Assembly: GCA_031362805.1 (NCBI GenBank) | Contig: JANLTG010000142.1 | Location: forward strand, 31,328-95,327 | Direction of reading: 5' to 3' | DNA from: a bacterium | GTDB taxonomy: Bacteria; Verrucomicrobiota; Verrucomicrobiia; Limisphaerales; RI-55 | Length of the DNA stretch: 64,000 nucleotides | Shown here: positions 8,994-17,706 of the stretch, piece by piece | Layout of the letters: every line of letters begins with the position of its first letter | How positions within the stretch are numbered: the stretch's first letter is position 1 | Position numbers and translations under genes: made by a program | The notes under the pieces: model-generated | Seen by the model: the letters and a program-made list of their open reading frames with translations, nothing else | Databases searched by the model: none | What the model was told of the DNA's origin: nothing

Positions 8994-9235
8994 GAGTGGT
9001 CTTCCCCCTCGGCGGCGGCGATGAGTTCCGAGATGTTGTCGTAGCTGAAGCCCCGGCGCAGACCAAGCGGACGCGGCTTCGTGCGGTACGGCTTGGCGGC
9101 GGGCGGCGCGAGGATTTCGTCCAGGCCCACGCGCAAGGCGGCGTTGATCACTTCCTTGAAAGGCTTGTGCAACTTGGCCGCGCCCTTCTTGGCTTTGGCG
9201 GCAATGTCAGGGTCAAGCGTCAACGTGGTTCTCAT
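8990..9235 (-). CDS. vapB: type II antitoxin (VapB-type)
   Basis: 81 aa starting MRTTLTLDPDIAAKAKK, immediately upstream of and overlapping vapC. Confidence 0.75.
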   Translation of the reverse strand: MRTTLTLDPDIAAKAKKGAAKLHKPFKEVINAALRVGLDEILAPPAAKPYRTKPRPLGLRRGFSYDNISELIAAAEGEDHS

Positions 9236-9265
9236 GCAGGCATCATGATGCTTTTACTTGGTGTG

Positions 9266-9463
9266 TCAACGCGCGCCACTCATCAACTTGTCCACTTTCG
9301 CCTTCACTGCGGCATCCATCTTGATGAGCGGCGGCCAGGGGCGTTTGAAACCTTCGCCCGCCAGTTTCTTCGTCGCGTCGAAGCCTTGTTTGCTACCCAT
9401 CGCGATTTCGCTGGTGGCGTGATCGAGCACGTCGGACGGGCCTTTGGTGAAGATGCTGTCGCG
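9266..9463 (-). pseudogene. displaced 3'-end fragment (copy 2) of the UbiD-family decarboxylase gene
   Basis: ORF 9266..9496 contains RDSIFTKGPSDVLDHATSEIAMGSKQGFDATKKLAGEGFKRPWPPLIKM, identical to the intact protein. Nt 9321-9463 match 10736-10878, 143 nt with about 7 mismatches by eye. Homology stops abruptly at 9463/9464. The fragment carries its own divergent tail, DAAVKAKVDKLMSGAR*. Confidence 0.8.
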
Positions 9464-9486
9464 TCCCATCCGGCAAGGGTCGCGGT

Positions 9487-10668
9487 TTATGACCACAAAA
9501 CGGATCGGTCAATGGACTTGATGGTGGCTCGGCCCGTCAACGCCATGGCCATCTGAAACTCGTTGCGCAGGATGTTGACGACCTTGGCCACTCCTTCGTC
9601 GCCATTTACGGCGAGGCCATAAACATAGGGACGACCAATCAGCACCGCAGTGGCGCCGAGCGCGATGGCCTTGAGCACATCGGTTCCGCGACGGATTCCT
9701 CCGTCCACCAGCACCGGCACCCGGCCCGCCACTTTCTTCACGACCGGCTCCAGCGCGTTGATGGAAGCGGGCAGCGTGTCGAGACAGCGGCCACCATGGT
9801 TCGAGACGACGATCCCGGCGGCGCCTGTTCGGACAGCGATGGCCGCATCATCTGGATTCATGATGCCTTTGAGCAAAACCGGCAACCGCGTAAGAGAAAG
9901 CAGCCATTCGATGGCTTCCCACGTGAAACTGCCCAGGATGGGCAAACCCGAAGCTGGTTGTTGATTGAGCTTTTGGTAGTAGGGCGTCTCGAAGTCCGCG
10001 GGGACTTGGAAACCCAGGCGTTGAATACGGTTTCGCGCGCCAGCAAAGGGCGCGTCGACCGTCACGACAAACGCGCGACACCCGAACTTCTCCGCTTCCT
10101 GCACCACGCCACGGACAAACTCACGACGTTCCTTGCGCAGGTCGTAAAGTTGAAACCACAGTGGAGCCTTCGCAACGGGCTCGATGTCTTGAAGTCGCCG
10201 GGTCGAAAGACTGCTCACGACGAAGGTGGCCCCGGCCGCCCCTGCTCCGCGCGCGGTGGCAACCTCCCCCTCGGGATGCGAAAGGCGATGCCACGCGGTA
10301 GGCGCGAGCAGGATTGGATGCGGCATCTCCCGCCCGAACAACGTGACGCGCGTGTCGATCTTTTCCACATCCACAAGCACCTTCGGACGCAAACGAATTT
10401 GATCGAATGCCTCCCGGTTCCAACGAATAGTCAACTCGTCCGCTGCGCCGCTGGCGATGTATTCGTAGGCAAAATGAGAGAGGCGCTCTTTTGCCAGAGG
10501 TTCGAAATCAGACAAGCAAACGGGAGAAGCATTCGCGTCGCTGGACTTTGGGGACGCGGGCCGGCTCGGTTCTGGCGCGTCTTTGTCTGCCGCTTGGACT
10601 CTGCCAAGCGCTGCACTGCTCACCGCAACGCCAACCGTCGTCAACATTTGTCGTCGGGTCAGTTTCAT
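9487..10668 (-). CDS. FMN-dependent alpha-hydroxy-acid oxidase/dehydrogenase (LldD/glycolate oxidase family) with a Tat-type signal peptide
   Basis: MKLTRRQMLTTVGVAVSSAALGRVQA is followed by family hallmarks (ASGAADELT, LWFQLY, VVTVDAP, GIVVSNHGGR, VLVDGGIRRGTDVLKAIALGA). Confidence 0.85.
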   Translation of the reverse strand: MKLTRRQMLTTVGVAVSSAALGRVQAADKDAPEPSRPASPKSSDANASPVCLSDFEPLAKERLSHFAYEYIASGAADELTIRWNREAFDQIRLRPKVLVDVEKIDTRVTLFGREMPHPILLAPTAWHRLSHPEGEVATARGAGAAGATFVVSSLSTRRLQDIEPVAKAPLWFQLYDLRKERREFVRGVVQEAEKFGCRAFVVTVDAPFAGARNRIQRLGFQVPADFETPYYQKLNQQPASGLPILGSFTWEAIEWLLSLTRLPVLLKGIMNPDDAAIAVRTGAAGIVVSNHGGRCLDTLPASINALEPVVKKVAGRVPVLVDGGIRRGTDVLKAIALGATAVLIGRPYVYGLAVNGDEGVAKVVNILRNEFQMAMALTGRATIKSIDRSVLWS

Positions 10669-10680
10669 AGCGTTTAAGTT

Positions 10681-12252
10681 TCAGCGGTTACCGCCGAAAA
10701 TGGAATCAATTTTCCGGCGCACATCGTCGTTCATTTTGATCAGCGGCGGCCAGGGGCGTTTGAAACCTTCGCCCGCCAGTTTCTTTGTCGCGTCGAAGCC
10801 TTGTTTGCTGCCCATGGCGATCTCGCTGGTCGCGTGGTCGAGCACGTCGGACGGGCCTTTGGTGAAGATGCTGTCGCGCTGCGGGTCGGTGTTGGCGAAG
10901 AGATGGAAGAGGACTTCGCTGGTGTTGTGGACGTTCACGTCGGCGTCCACCACCACGATGTATTTGGTGAACATCATCTGCCCCATGCCCCAGAGGCCGT
11001 GCATGATTTTGTAGGCCTGCATGGGGTAGGTTTTCTTGATGCTGACGAAGACAAGGTTGTGGAACGTGCCTTCCGCTGGCAGCGCGATGTCCACGATCTC
11101 CGGAAAGTTCATCTTGAAGATGGGCAGGAAGAGCTTCACGGACGCGCCGCCAATGTAGAAGTCTTCCATGGGCGGGATGCCGACGATGGTAGCGGGATAG
11201 ACGGCGTCTTTGCGGTGCGTGATGGCGGTGATGTGAAAGACGGGATACGGCTCGGGCAAGGTGTAGTAGCCGGTGTGGTCGCCGAACGGGCCTTCGTCGC
11301 GGAGCGGCTCGGTGGGATCGATGTAGCCTTCGATGACGAAGTCGGAGTTGGCGGGGACTTCGAGGTCGTTGGTCTCGCACTTCACGAGCTCGACGGATTT
11401 CTTGCGAAGGTAACCGGCCAACAAAAATTCATCCAGTCCGTCCGGCATGGGCGCGGTGGCGGCGAAGGGGAACATAGGATCGCCGCCGAGGAAGATGGCG
11501 ACAGGCATGCGCTCGCCCTTCTCGTAATAGCGGCGTCCGTGGCGTGCGGCGACTTTCTGCAACTGCCAGTGCATCCCCGTCGTTTTGTCGTCGTAGATCT
11601 GGATGCGATACATGCCGACGTTGCGTTCGCCGGTGTCCGGGTCGCGCGTGACGACGCAGGGGAGCGTGATGAAGCGGCCGCCGTCGAGCGGCCAGCATTT
11701 CAGGATCGGCAGGTTGAGGAGGGTCGGAGGCGTTGTGGTGGTTGGGGGTAACTGGATTGGACCGGCTGGGAGAGGGGCAGAGGGGAAAGGGGGAAGAGGG
11801 GGTTTCTCCTCTGCGCCTTTTCCCCATTTCTCCTTCTCCTCAAAGCGATGGATCACTTCCTTGCACGGACCGCTCTTCACGGTCTTCGGCTTCGCGTGGC
11901 GCAGATCGATGGCCAGCCCGAGCAGCTTCATCGCCTCGCGCATCGATGTCGGCGGCTTGGCCTTCATCAACGCGCCGAGTTCGTTCGCGACGTCGTCCAC
12001 GGAATTCGCGCCCATGCTCATGGCCATGCGCTTGTGCGAGCCGAGCGTGTTGATGGCGACGGGGAAGGGCGAGACGACGCCGTTGACGGTGGGCTTCTCG
12101 AAGAGCAACGCCTTGCCGCCACCGGGCTGCTTCATCTCGCGATCAGCGATCTCGGTGATCTCAAGTTCGGTGGCGACGGGTTGGGTGATGCGGATGAGTT
12201 CGCCAGCGCGGTCGAGGGCGGAGACAAAATCCCGGAAGGAATCGAATGCCAT
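10681..12252 (-). CDS. UbiD family decarboxylase (menaquinone/ubiquinone-type prenyl-FMN decarboxylase family)
   Basis: 523 aa with ITQPVATELEITEIADR, PILKCWPLDGGRFITLP, MYRIQIYD and GPFGDHTGYY. It contains an atypical Pro-rich insert, described in the findings. Confidence 0.9.
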   Translation of the reverse strand: MAFDSFRDFVSALDRAGELIRITQPVATELEITEIADREMKQPGGGKALLFEKPTVNGVVSPFPVAINTLGSHKRMAMSMGANSVDDVANELGALMKAKPPTSMREAMKLLGLAIDLRHAKPKTVKSGPCKEVIHRFEEKEKWGKGAEEKPPLPPFPSAPLPAGPIQLPPTTTTPPTLLNLPILKCWPLDGGRFITLPCVVTRDPDTGERNVGMYRIQIYDDKTTGMHWQLQKVAARHGRRYYEKGERMPVAIFLGGDPMFPFAATAPMPDGLDEFLLAGYLRKKSVELVKCETNDLEVPANSDFVIEGYIDPTEPLRDEGPFGDHTGYYTLPEPYPVFHITAITHRKDAVYPATIVGIPPMEDFYIGGASVKLFLPIFKMNFPEIVDIALPAEGTFHNLVFVSIKKTYPMQAYKIMHGLWGMGQMMFTKYIVVVDADVNVHNTSEVLFHLFANTDPQRDSIFTKGPSDVLDHATSEIAMGSKQGFDATKKLAGEGFKRPWPPLIKMNDDVRRKIDSIFGGNR

Positions 12253-12358
12253 GCGCCGAGGCTAGGGTAGCTTCGGGAATTCGGCAATGCGGACGCCGCG
12301 CTCCGTTCGCGTGGACCTTTTCATTGATTCCGGGCGGGAACGCCTTCAGCGCGCACAG

Positions 12359-14095
12359 TCAATGCGCCGCCTCTTTCAGCATCAATCGCCGGACCACGGG
12401 AATCGGCGGCGCACCGTGTGATAGGAGCTCATCATGAAACCGCTGGAGGCTGAATGCGGTGCCCTCCTGTTTCTGCCAGTCATCGCGCAGGTTGAGAATC
12501 TGCAGCTTGCCGAGCGCGTAGAATAGATAACCCGGGTCGTAGGTGCCACGCATGGCTTCCTGTCGCGACGGTTCCTCCGCGTAATGGCAGTGTTCCATGA
12601 AGAATCGCGTGGCCTCTTCCACGGTCATGCCCTGGGTGTGCAACCGGACCGAGCAGATCAACCGGCAATAGCGGAGCAGTGCCTCGCCTGATTGAGCGAG
12701 TTGATACCTGGCATTGCGAGCGGGATCGCTGGCGCCGCCCAATCCCGCACCGGGAAAACCGGCCTCAATCAAAAGTTGCTCGGTGTAGTGTGCCCAACCC
12801 TCCGCGAAGGCATAGCTGGTGAACACTTTGGCCACCGCGCTGGCGCCGGATGCATTCAACGCCAGATACTGAACGTAGTGCCCGGGATACGCTTCGTGGA
12901 TGCTCACAATATCGGTCGTGTAATAGTTGAAAGCGGTCAGCCATTCCTCCTTCCGTTCGGGCGACCAATCCGGCTCGGTCGGCGTCACGTAATAGTACGC
13001 CTCGGTGGCCTTGGTCTCGAAGGGTCCGGGTGTGCTCATCGAAGCAAAGCCCGTTGCGCGCTGCGGTGGCGGAGTCTCTTCGACTCGAGCGCGCACCGCC
13101 GACGGAATCGTGACCAGTTTCTGGTCGACCACGAACTGCCGGATGGCTTCGAGGTTCTTGCGCGTGTCGGGAATCAGGCTCTGCTCGGTCGGGTGATCAC
13201 GTTGGATGTCCCGGTAAACCGCGGCCGGGCTCCGGTGCGGATCAATAATGCGGGCGGCCGCGGTGAATCGTGCCTGCTCGCTCGTCAGCGCCTCCATGCC
13301 CTGCCGGAGAATTGCCTCCGGCGACTGGGTCACTTGCTCCACCGCAAGCATTTTGCGATAGGCGCGGTCACCGATGGCGAACCTGTTGTTGGCCTGCGGA
13401 AGCCGTTCGGTCCGCAACCATTCCGCAGAGCGTTTCATTTCGGCGGCGGCCAGCGCGGACACCTCTTCAAACTCGCGAACCGCCGCCGCATCGGTTGCCT
13501 TGCGGACTTCGGCCAGCGCCTCTTTTTCGAGAAATGCCGCGCTGCCCTCAGCGATCAGGATCGCGGTCTCCACCAGCGGCCGCGCCAGCACTGGCTCCAG
13601 ATTCGCACGCCCGTCGTTCAAGAATTCCGGTGCGTGACGGAGGACGGCGGTGGCATGGCGAACACGTTCATGAAGCGGGGCGAAGTCCCGCGTCAGATAA
13701 ATGAGAATATCCGGACTGCCGGCATAGAACATCGGATTCTTAAGGTAGTAGCCAATGTCAAAGTGCCAGCGCTCGCTGGCGATGGCTGCCAACAGAGTCT
13801 CCCGGTCCAGCTGATTTGCGGACGACAACCCGGTCGAAGCGAAGTCGGTGAAAGCGGCCTCGTAGCGCCGCAGGTGTGATTCCTCCGCGGTGAGCGCCGC
13901 GGCATTCCAGCGCGGGAACTTTCCGTCGTACTGATGCCACCCCAGCGAGACACCCTGAATGGGCCGCTGGGCAAAATGGGTACCCAGGAACTCCCACGTC
14001 AGAGCCTCGAACTCCGCATCACGAGAGCGAGAATCCGACGGGGTTGCGCAACCAGCGATCAGCAACGCTGCCGTGAGGAGGTTTAGGATCTTCAT
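12359..14095 (-). CDS. DUF885 family lipoprotein (metallopeptidase-like HExxH-variant fold)
   Basis: Lipobox LLIAGC at the N-terminus and the DUF885 signature IHEAYPGHYVQ. 578 aa. Confidence 0.8.
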   Translation of the reverse strand: MKILNLLTAALLIAGCATPSDSRSRDAEFEALTWEFLGTHFAQRPIQGVSLGWHQYDGKFPRWNAAALTAEESHLRRYEAAFTDFASTGLSSANQLDRETLLAAIASERWHFDIGYYLKNPMFYAGSPDILIYLTRDFAPLHERVRHATAVLRHAPEFLNDGRANLEPVLARPLVETAILIAEGSAAFLEKEALAEVRKATDAAAVREFEEVSALAAAEMKRSAEWLRTERLPQANNRFAIGDRAYRKMLAVEQVTQSPEAILRQGMEALTSEQARFTAAARIIDPHRSPAAVYRDIQRDHPTEQSLIPDTRKNLEAIRQFVVDQKLVTIPSAVRARVEETPPPQRATGFASMSTPGPFETKATEAYYYVTPTEPDWSPERKEEWLTAFNYYTTDIVSIHEAYPGHYVQYLALNASGASAVAKVFTSYAFAEGWAHYTEQLLIEAGFPGAGLGGASDPARNARYQLAQSGEALLRYCRLICSVRLHTQGMTVEEATRFFMEHCHYAEEPSRQEAMRGTYDPGYLFYALGKLQILNLRDDWQKQEGTAFSLQRFHDELLSHGAPPIPVVRRLMLKEAAH

Positions 14096-14122
14096 AGGCT
14101 ATTGCTGGTGACGCTAGTGAAG

Positions 14123-15145
14123 TCAGGGCAGAACGGCAAGCGGGCTTCGACGGGTGATCCCAAAGACAAACGACCGCCCGGACCGGAAAGGCTCGCGCAG
14201 TTCGAAGTTTTCGAAGGCGATGCCGCCGGGGATCGGTTGTTTGCCCATCCAGTAGGTGAACCGCGCGTTCACGGCGCATTGAAGACCCGGCACGATCTCC
14301 GCCGCCGGTTTACGCCAGTACTGCGTGACCTTCGCCCCCTGGTAATCCCAGAAGTGGGGTCGGCCAAAGGGCTGCACGGAGGATGGATCATCTTCGTCAT
14401 TGGCGATGGCCACCAGAACGTCGCCATTCGCGGCGCGCGGCAGCCGGTCGAGGTTGAAGATGCTGTGCTTGGCGAAGTGAATATCCCGGTAATCCGGGTA
14501 GACTTGCAGGCTGGAGACGGTGCCGTCCTTCAGAAACAAGAGCCGCGTGCGCGCCTTGTTGCCCATCGTCGCAGTGAGGATGCACGTCTCGATGGGCGCA
14601 CTGTCCGGCTCGGCATCGACGGTCAACTGAAGTTCGTTTGGGGCGTCGCTGCGTTGCGCCAGTTTCAAGCGGACGTGCGCGCCGTGATTGAACTTTTCGA
14701 CAAAGACAGTCAGCGACAACGTCACGATGCCGGCGGCATTCGTGGTGAAAGTGCCGGCATCGAGGTGCGGTGACTCAATTGCCGGCTTGGACGCATCGCC
14801 GGTCCAGAACAGTTTGCCGTTCTTCTGATCGAACGAGCTTTTCTCCAGTTCGCTGAAGCTTTTCTTCCCGCCGACGATTGGCTCGACGGCGATGAAGTTG
14901 ATCAAGTCGTAGCCGCCATCGGTCAACGTCGGGCAACCGAGCCGGATCAGCCCACGTGGCCCGCCGTCGCCGGCTGTGAACCCGCCCGGATGCAACGCGA
15001 ACGTCAGCCCGCCCTTGATTCCCCACACCGGCGAGTTCGTGGTCTGCGCGGCGCGCACCCATTCCGCACCACTGGCGGAGTAGCTACCGCCTGCGCCAAG
15101 TAGGACTACTGCCAGCCATCCGATTGCCCGTTTGATCATCGGCAC
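14123..15145 (-). CDS. secreted hypothetical protein
   Basis: 340-aa ORF with a signal peptide (IKRAIGWLAVVLLGAGGSYSASGA). It sits between same-strand genes with 4-27 nt gaps. I recognise no family. Confidence 0.6.
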   Translation of the reverse strand: MPMIKRAIGWLAVVLLGAGGSYSASGAEWVRAAQTTNSPVWGIKGGLTFALHPGGFTAGDGGPRGLIRLGCPTLTDGGYDLINFIAVEPIVGGKKSFSELEKSSFDQKNGKLFWTGDASKPAIESPHLDAGTFTTNAAGIVTLSLTVFVEKFNHGAHVRLKLAQRSDAPNELQLTVDAEPDSAPIETCILTATMGNKARTRLLFLKDGTVSSLQVYPDYRDIHFAKHSIFNLDRLPRAANGDVLVAIANDEDDPSSVQPFGRPHFWDYQGAKVTQYWRKPAAEIVPGLQCAVNARFTYWMGKQPIPGGIAFENFELREPFRSGRSFVFGITRRSPLAVLP

Positions 15146-15149
15146 CTTC

Positions 15150-16310
15150 TCATCGGTGAAACGACTGCGTGAAGTCGTCGTTCTTGATTTCCACCACCTG
15201 CTTCTCGAAGCGCGAGCTGGCGATCAGCGCCTGCAATTTGGCCTCGAAGGCGGCGCCATCCATCGGCAGCTGAATCGTCTGTTCGAGCAACGATGAATAG
15301 AGCAGCACATTGGCGAGCTCGACCGAGCCGAGTCCTTCGGCGCCGGGCGCGATCAGCGGCGCACCATCGAGGATCGCGTCCGCGAAGTTCGTCATCAACG
15401 TCGCGTGCGGCGCGGCGGCATCCGTGAACGGCAAGTTGACCAGCGTTGTTTCGGGTTTGAGGAAACCGACCTTCGAAGTGCGGCAGTGCTCGATCATGTC
15501 TGCTGCGTTGCGGGTGAACGTAAGCTGATTGTTCTCGAGCACGACCTTGCCCTTGGTGCCGGCGAGCTCGAAGCGATTGGTGCCCGGTGCTTCACCCGAG
15601 GACGTGATGAACACGCCCGTCGCGCCGTTGGGCCATTCGAGGTAGGCGGTCACGTTGTCCTCGACCTCGATGCTGTGGTAGCGCCCCAGTTGCGCGTGGC
15701 TGCGGACCCTCGTGGGCATGCCGCAAAGCCACTGGAGCACGTCGAGGTTGTGGAGACATTGATTGAGCAGGACGCCGCCGCCTTCGCCCCGCCAGGTCGC
15801 CCGCCAACCGCCGCTCTGATAGTAGGCTTCGGTGCGATACCAGTCGGTGATGATCCAGCTCACCCGGACGATGTCGCCCAGCTCGCCGTCCTTGATCAGC
15901 TGTTGGATCCGCTGATAGCGCGGCTCCGTGCGCAATTGGAACATGCCGGCAAAAACTTGTCGGGGATGTTTCCGCGCGGCGGCAATCAAACGCTCGGCGT
16001 CGGCCTTGTGCGCGGAGATGGGTTTCTCAACCATCACATGCTTGCCTGCTTCGAAGGCCGCGATCCCGAGCGACGTGTGTTGAAAGTGCGGCGTTGCGAT
16101 GATCACCGCGTCGACGTCCGGCGAGCGCAACAGCTCGCTCGCGTCACCGAAAACCTGCAGCCCCTTCTGGCGATACACCTCGAGCTTGCCCGGGCTGGTG
16201 CTGGCGACGGCGACGAGCTGGCAGCGGGCGGCCTTGCCGTCGAGGAGGTAACCGGCATGGTGCTTGCCGATGTTGCCCATGCCGATGATGCCGAGGCGAA
16301 TCTGGTCCAT
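15150..16310 (-). CDS. Gfo/Idh/MocA family oxidoreductase
   Basis: MDQIRLGIIGMGNIGKHH Rossmann N-terminus and the VEKP motif. 386 aa. Confidence 0.9.
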   Translation of the reverse strand: MDQIRLGIIGMGNIGKHHAGYLLDGKAARCQLVAVASTSPGKLEVYRQKGLQVFGDASELLRSPDVDAVIIATPHFQHTSLGIAAFEAGKHVMVEKPISAHKADAERLIAAARKHPRQVFAGMFQLRTEPRYQRIQQLIKDGELGDIVRVSWIITDWYRTEAYYQSGGWRATWRGEGGGVLLNQCLHNLDVLQWLCGMPTRVRSHAQLGRYHSIEVEDNVTAYLEWPNGATGVFITSSGEAPGTNRFELAGTKGKVVLENNQLTFTRNAADMIEHCRTSKVGFLKPETTLVNLPFTDAAAPHATLMTNFADAILDGAPLIAPGAEGLGSVELANVLLYSSLLEQTIQLPMDGAAFEAKLQALIASSRFEKQVVEIKNDDFTQSFHR

Positions 16311-16565
16311 AGTCGGGTCCGGTGGCGGATTGGGCCGTGATCATCGTGTCCGGTGAATTGGCGTCGCAAGCAGAATGTGCCGGGGGCGGGCGGTGATATT
16401 CCTTTGAACGAAACCCGGCGTTGACGGTTCCAACGACCATCAGCCGCCGCAATGTTTCCCCTCGGTCGCCGTTCCGAAGGGCAGCGTTTTGCCCCGGCCC
16501 GGTGGTTCCGAGTTTGAGGTTGCGTGGCTGGTGAAATTCAGACAGAAACCCGGCCTCGACCAATT

Positions 16566-17621
16566 ATGAAAGTAGTAACCTCGCTGTTCCTCAGTCTCTT
16601 TGTGACCACCACGCTCTCCGCGGCGGATGCGCGCTTTGCTACCGATGACCCGTTTGTCGGCGTCTATCAAGGCACGTATCAAACCCGCTTTGCCAAGGGC
16701 CCGGCCGAAGCCCAGGTCCGGTCTTTGGGGAATGGAAGCTACGACGGATTCATCGCCCTCAAGTCCGTGAAAGACGGCGTCGAAAAGATCACGAGTGTGA
16801 GCGTCATCACCGAGTTTCAACCGGGCGCCGAGCAGAAGATTGGCATCGCCGCCATCCACCCGAACAACCTCGATAAGAATCGCGACAAGCCGAATGAGAA
16901 GCTAACTTTTCCGCCGATGAATCTCACGGGTGAAATCACGCCCGGCAAGATCGCCGGAACTATTTCCGGACCGTGGATTCGCGAGGGGGACGCGACCTTT
17001 TCCATGGCCCGCGTCAAGACGCCACAGTCCGCCACGCTCGGGGCCGAGCCCCCCAAGGGAGCCGTCGTTATTTTCGATGGCAAGGACCGCAACCAGTGGA
17101 AGGAAGCCAAATGGAAGGTCAACGCCGGTGCGCTCGAAGTGGGTGACGGCAATGTCACCACCAAACAGGCCATGACCAACTTTCTACTCCATCTCGAGTT
17201 TCGCACGCCGGTCATGGTTGAAGCCCGCGGCCAGGCGCGTGGCAACAGTGGTGTCTATCTCCGCTCCGTTTTTGAGGTTCAGGTGCTCGACAGTTTCGGG
17301 CTCTTTCCGCTCGCGGACAATGATTGTGGCGGCATTTACAAAGTCACATCGCCAGACCTGAACATGGTCAATGCCTGCTTGCCACCCGGTGAATGGCAGA
17401 CCTACGACATCACATACCGTGAGGGCGACGAGAAGGCCTTGCGCCTTCCGGAGATAACCGTCGTTCACAACGGCAAGACGGTGGTGGATCGGGTCAAAAT
17501 CCCTGGCGAACTCGTGGTCAACGGCACCGGCGGCGGCGAAGTGGATGGCGGCTACCTGCTGCTCCAGAATCACGGCAACCCGGTTCAGTACCGCAACATC
17601 TGGGTCCAGCCGATCGAGTAG
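16566..17621 (+). CDS. DUF1080 (3-keto-disaccharide hydrolase-like) domain protein, secreted
   Basis: Start chosen at MKVVTSLFLSLFVTTTLSAADA (signal peptide). The C-terminal half carries DUF1080 hallmarks (NSGVYLRSVFEVQVLDS, CGGIY, LLLQNHGNPVQYRNIWVQP). Confidence 0.8.
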   Translation: MKVVTSLFLSLFVTTTLSAADARFATDDPFVGVYQGTYQTRFAKGPAEAQVRSLGNGSYDGFIALKSVKDGVEKITSVSVITEFQPGAEQKIGIAAIHPNNLDKNRDKPNEKLTFPPMNLTGEITPGKIAGTISGPWIREGDATFSMARVKTPQSATLGAEPPKGAVVIFDGKDRNQWKEAKWKVNAGALEVGDGNVTTKQAMTNFLLHLEFRTPVMVEARGQARGNSGVYLRSVFEVQVLDSFGLFPLADNDCGGIYKVTSPDLNMVNACLPPGEWQTYDITYREGDEKALRLPEITVVHNGKTVVDRVKIPGELVVNGTGGGEVDGGYLLLQNHGNPVQYRNIWVQPIE

Positions 17622-17626
17622 TTTGA

Positions 17627-17694
17627 CTGGAGTGGTGGAGCATTGGAGTTATGGGCCACCTGTGCTCCAATACTCCCTTGCTCCGACACTCCGT
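17627..17694. terminator. long imperfect inverted repeat between convergent genes (candidate bidirectional terminator/hairpin)
   Basis: GGAGCATTGGAG (17637-17648) pairs with CTCCAATACTCC (17665-17676) with 1 mismatch. Flanking GGAGTG / CACTCC blocks extend the pairing. There is no clear U-tract. Confidence 0.35.
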
Positions 17695-17706
17695 TAGTTC
17701 TCCGCC

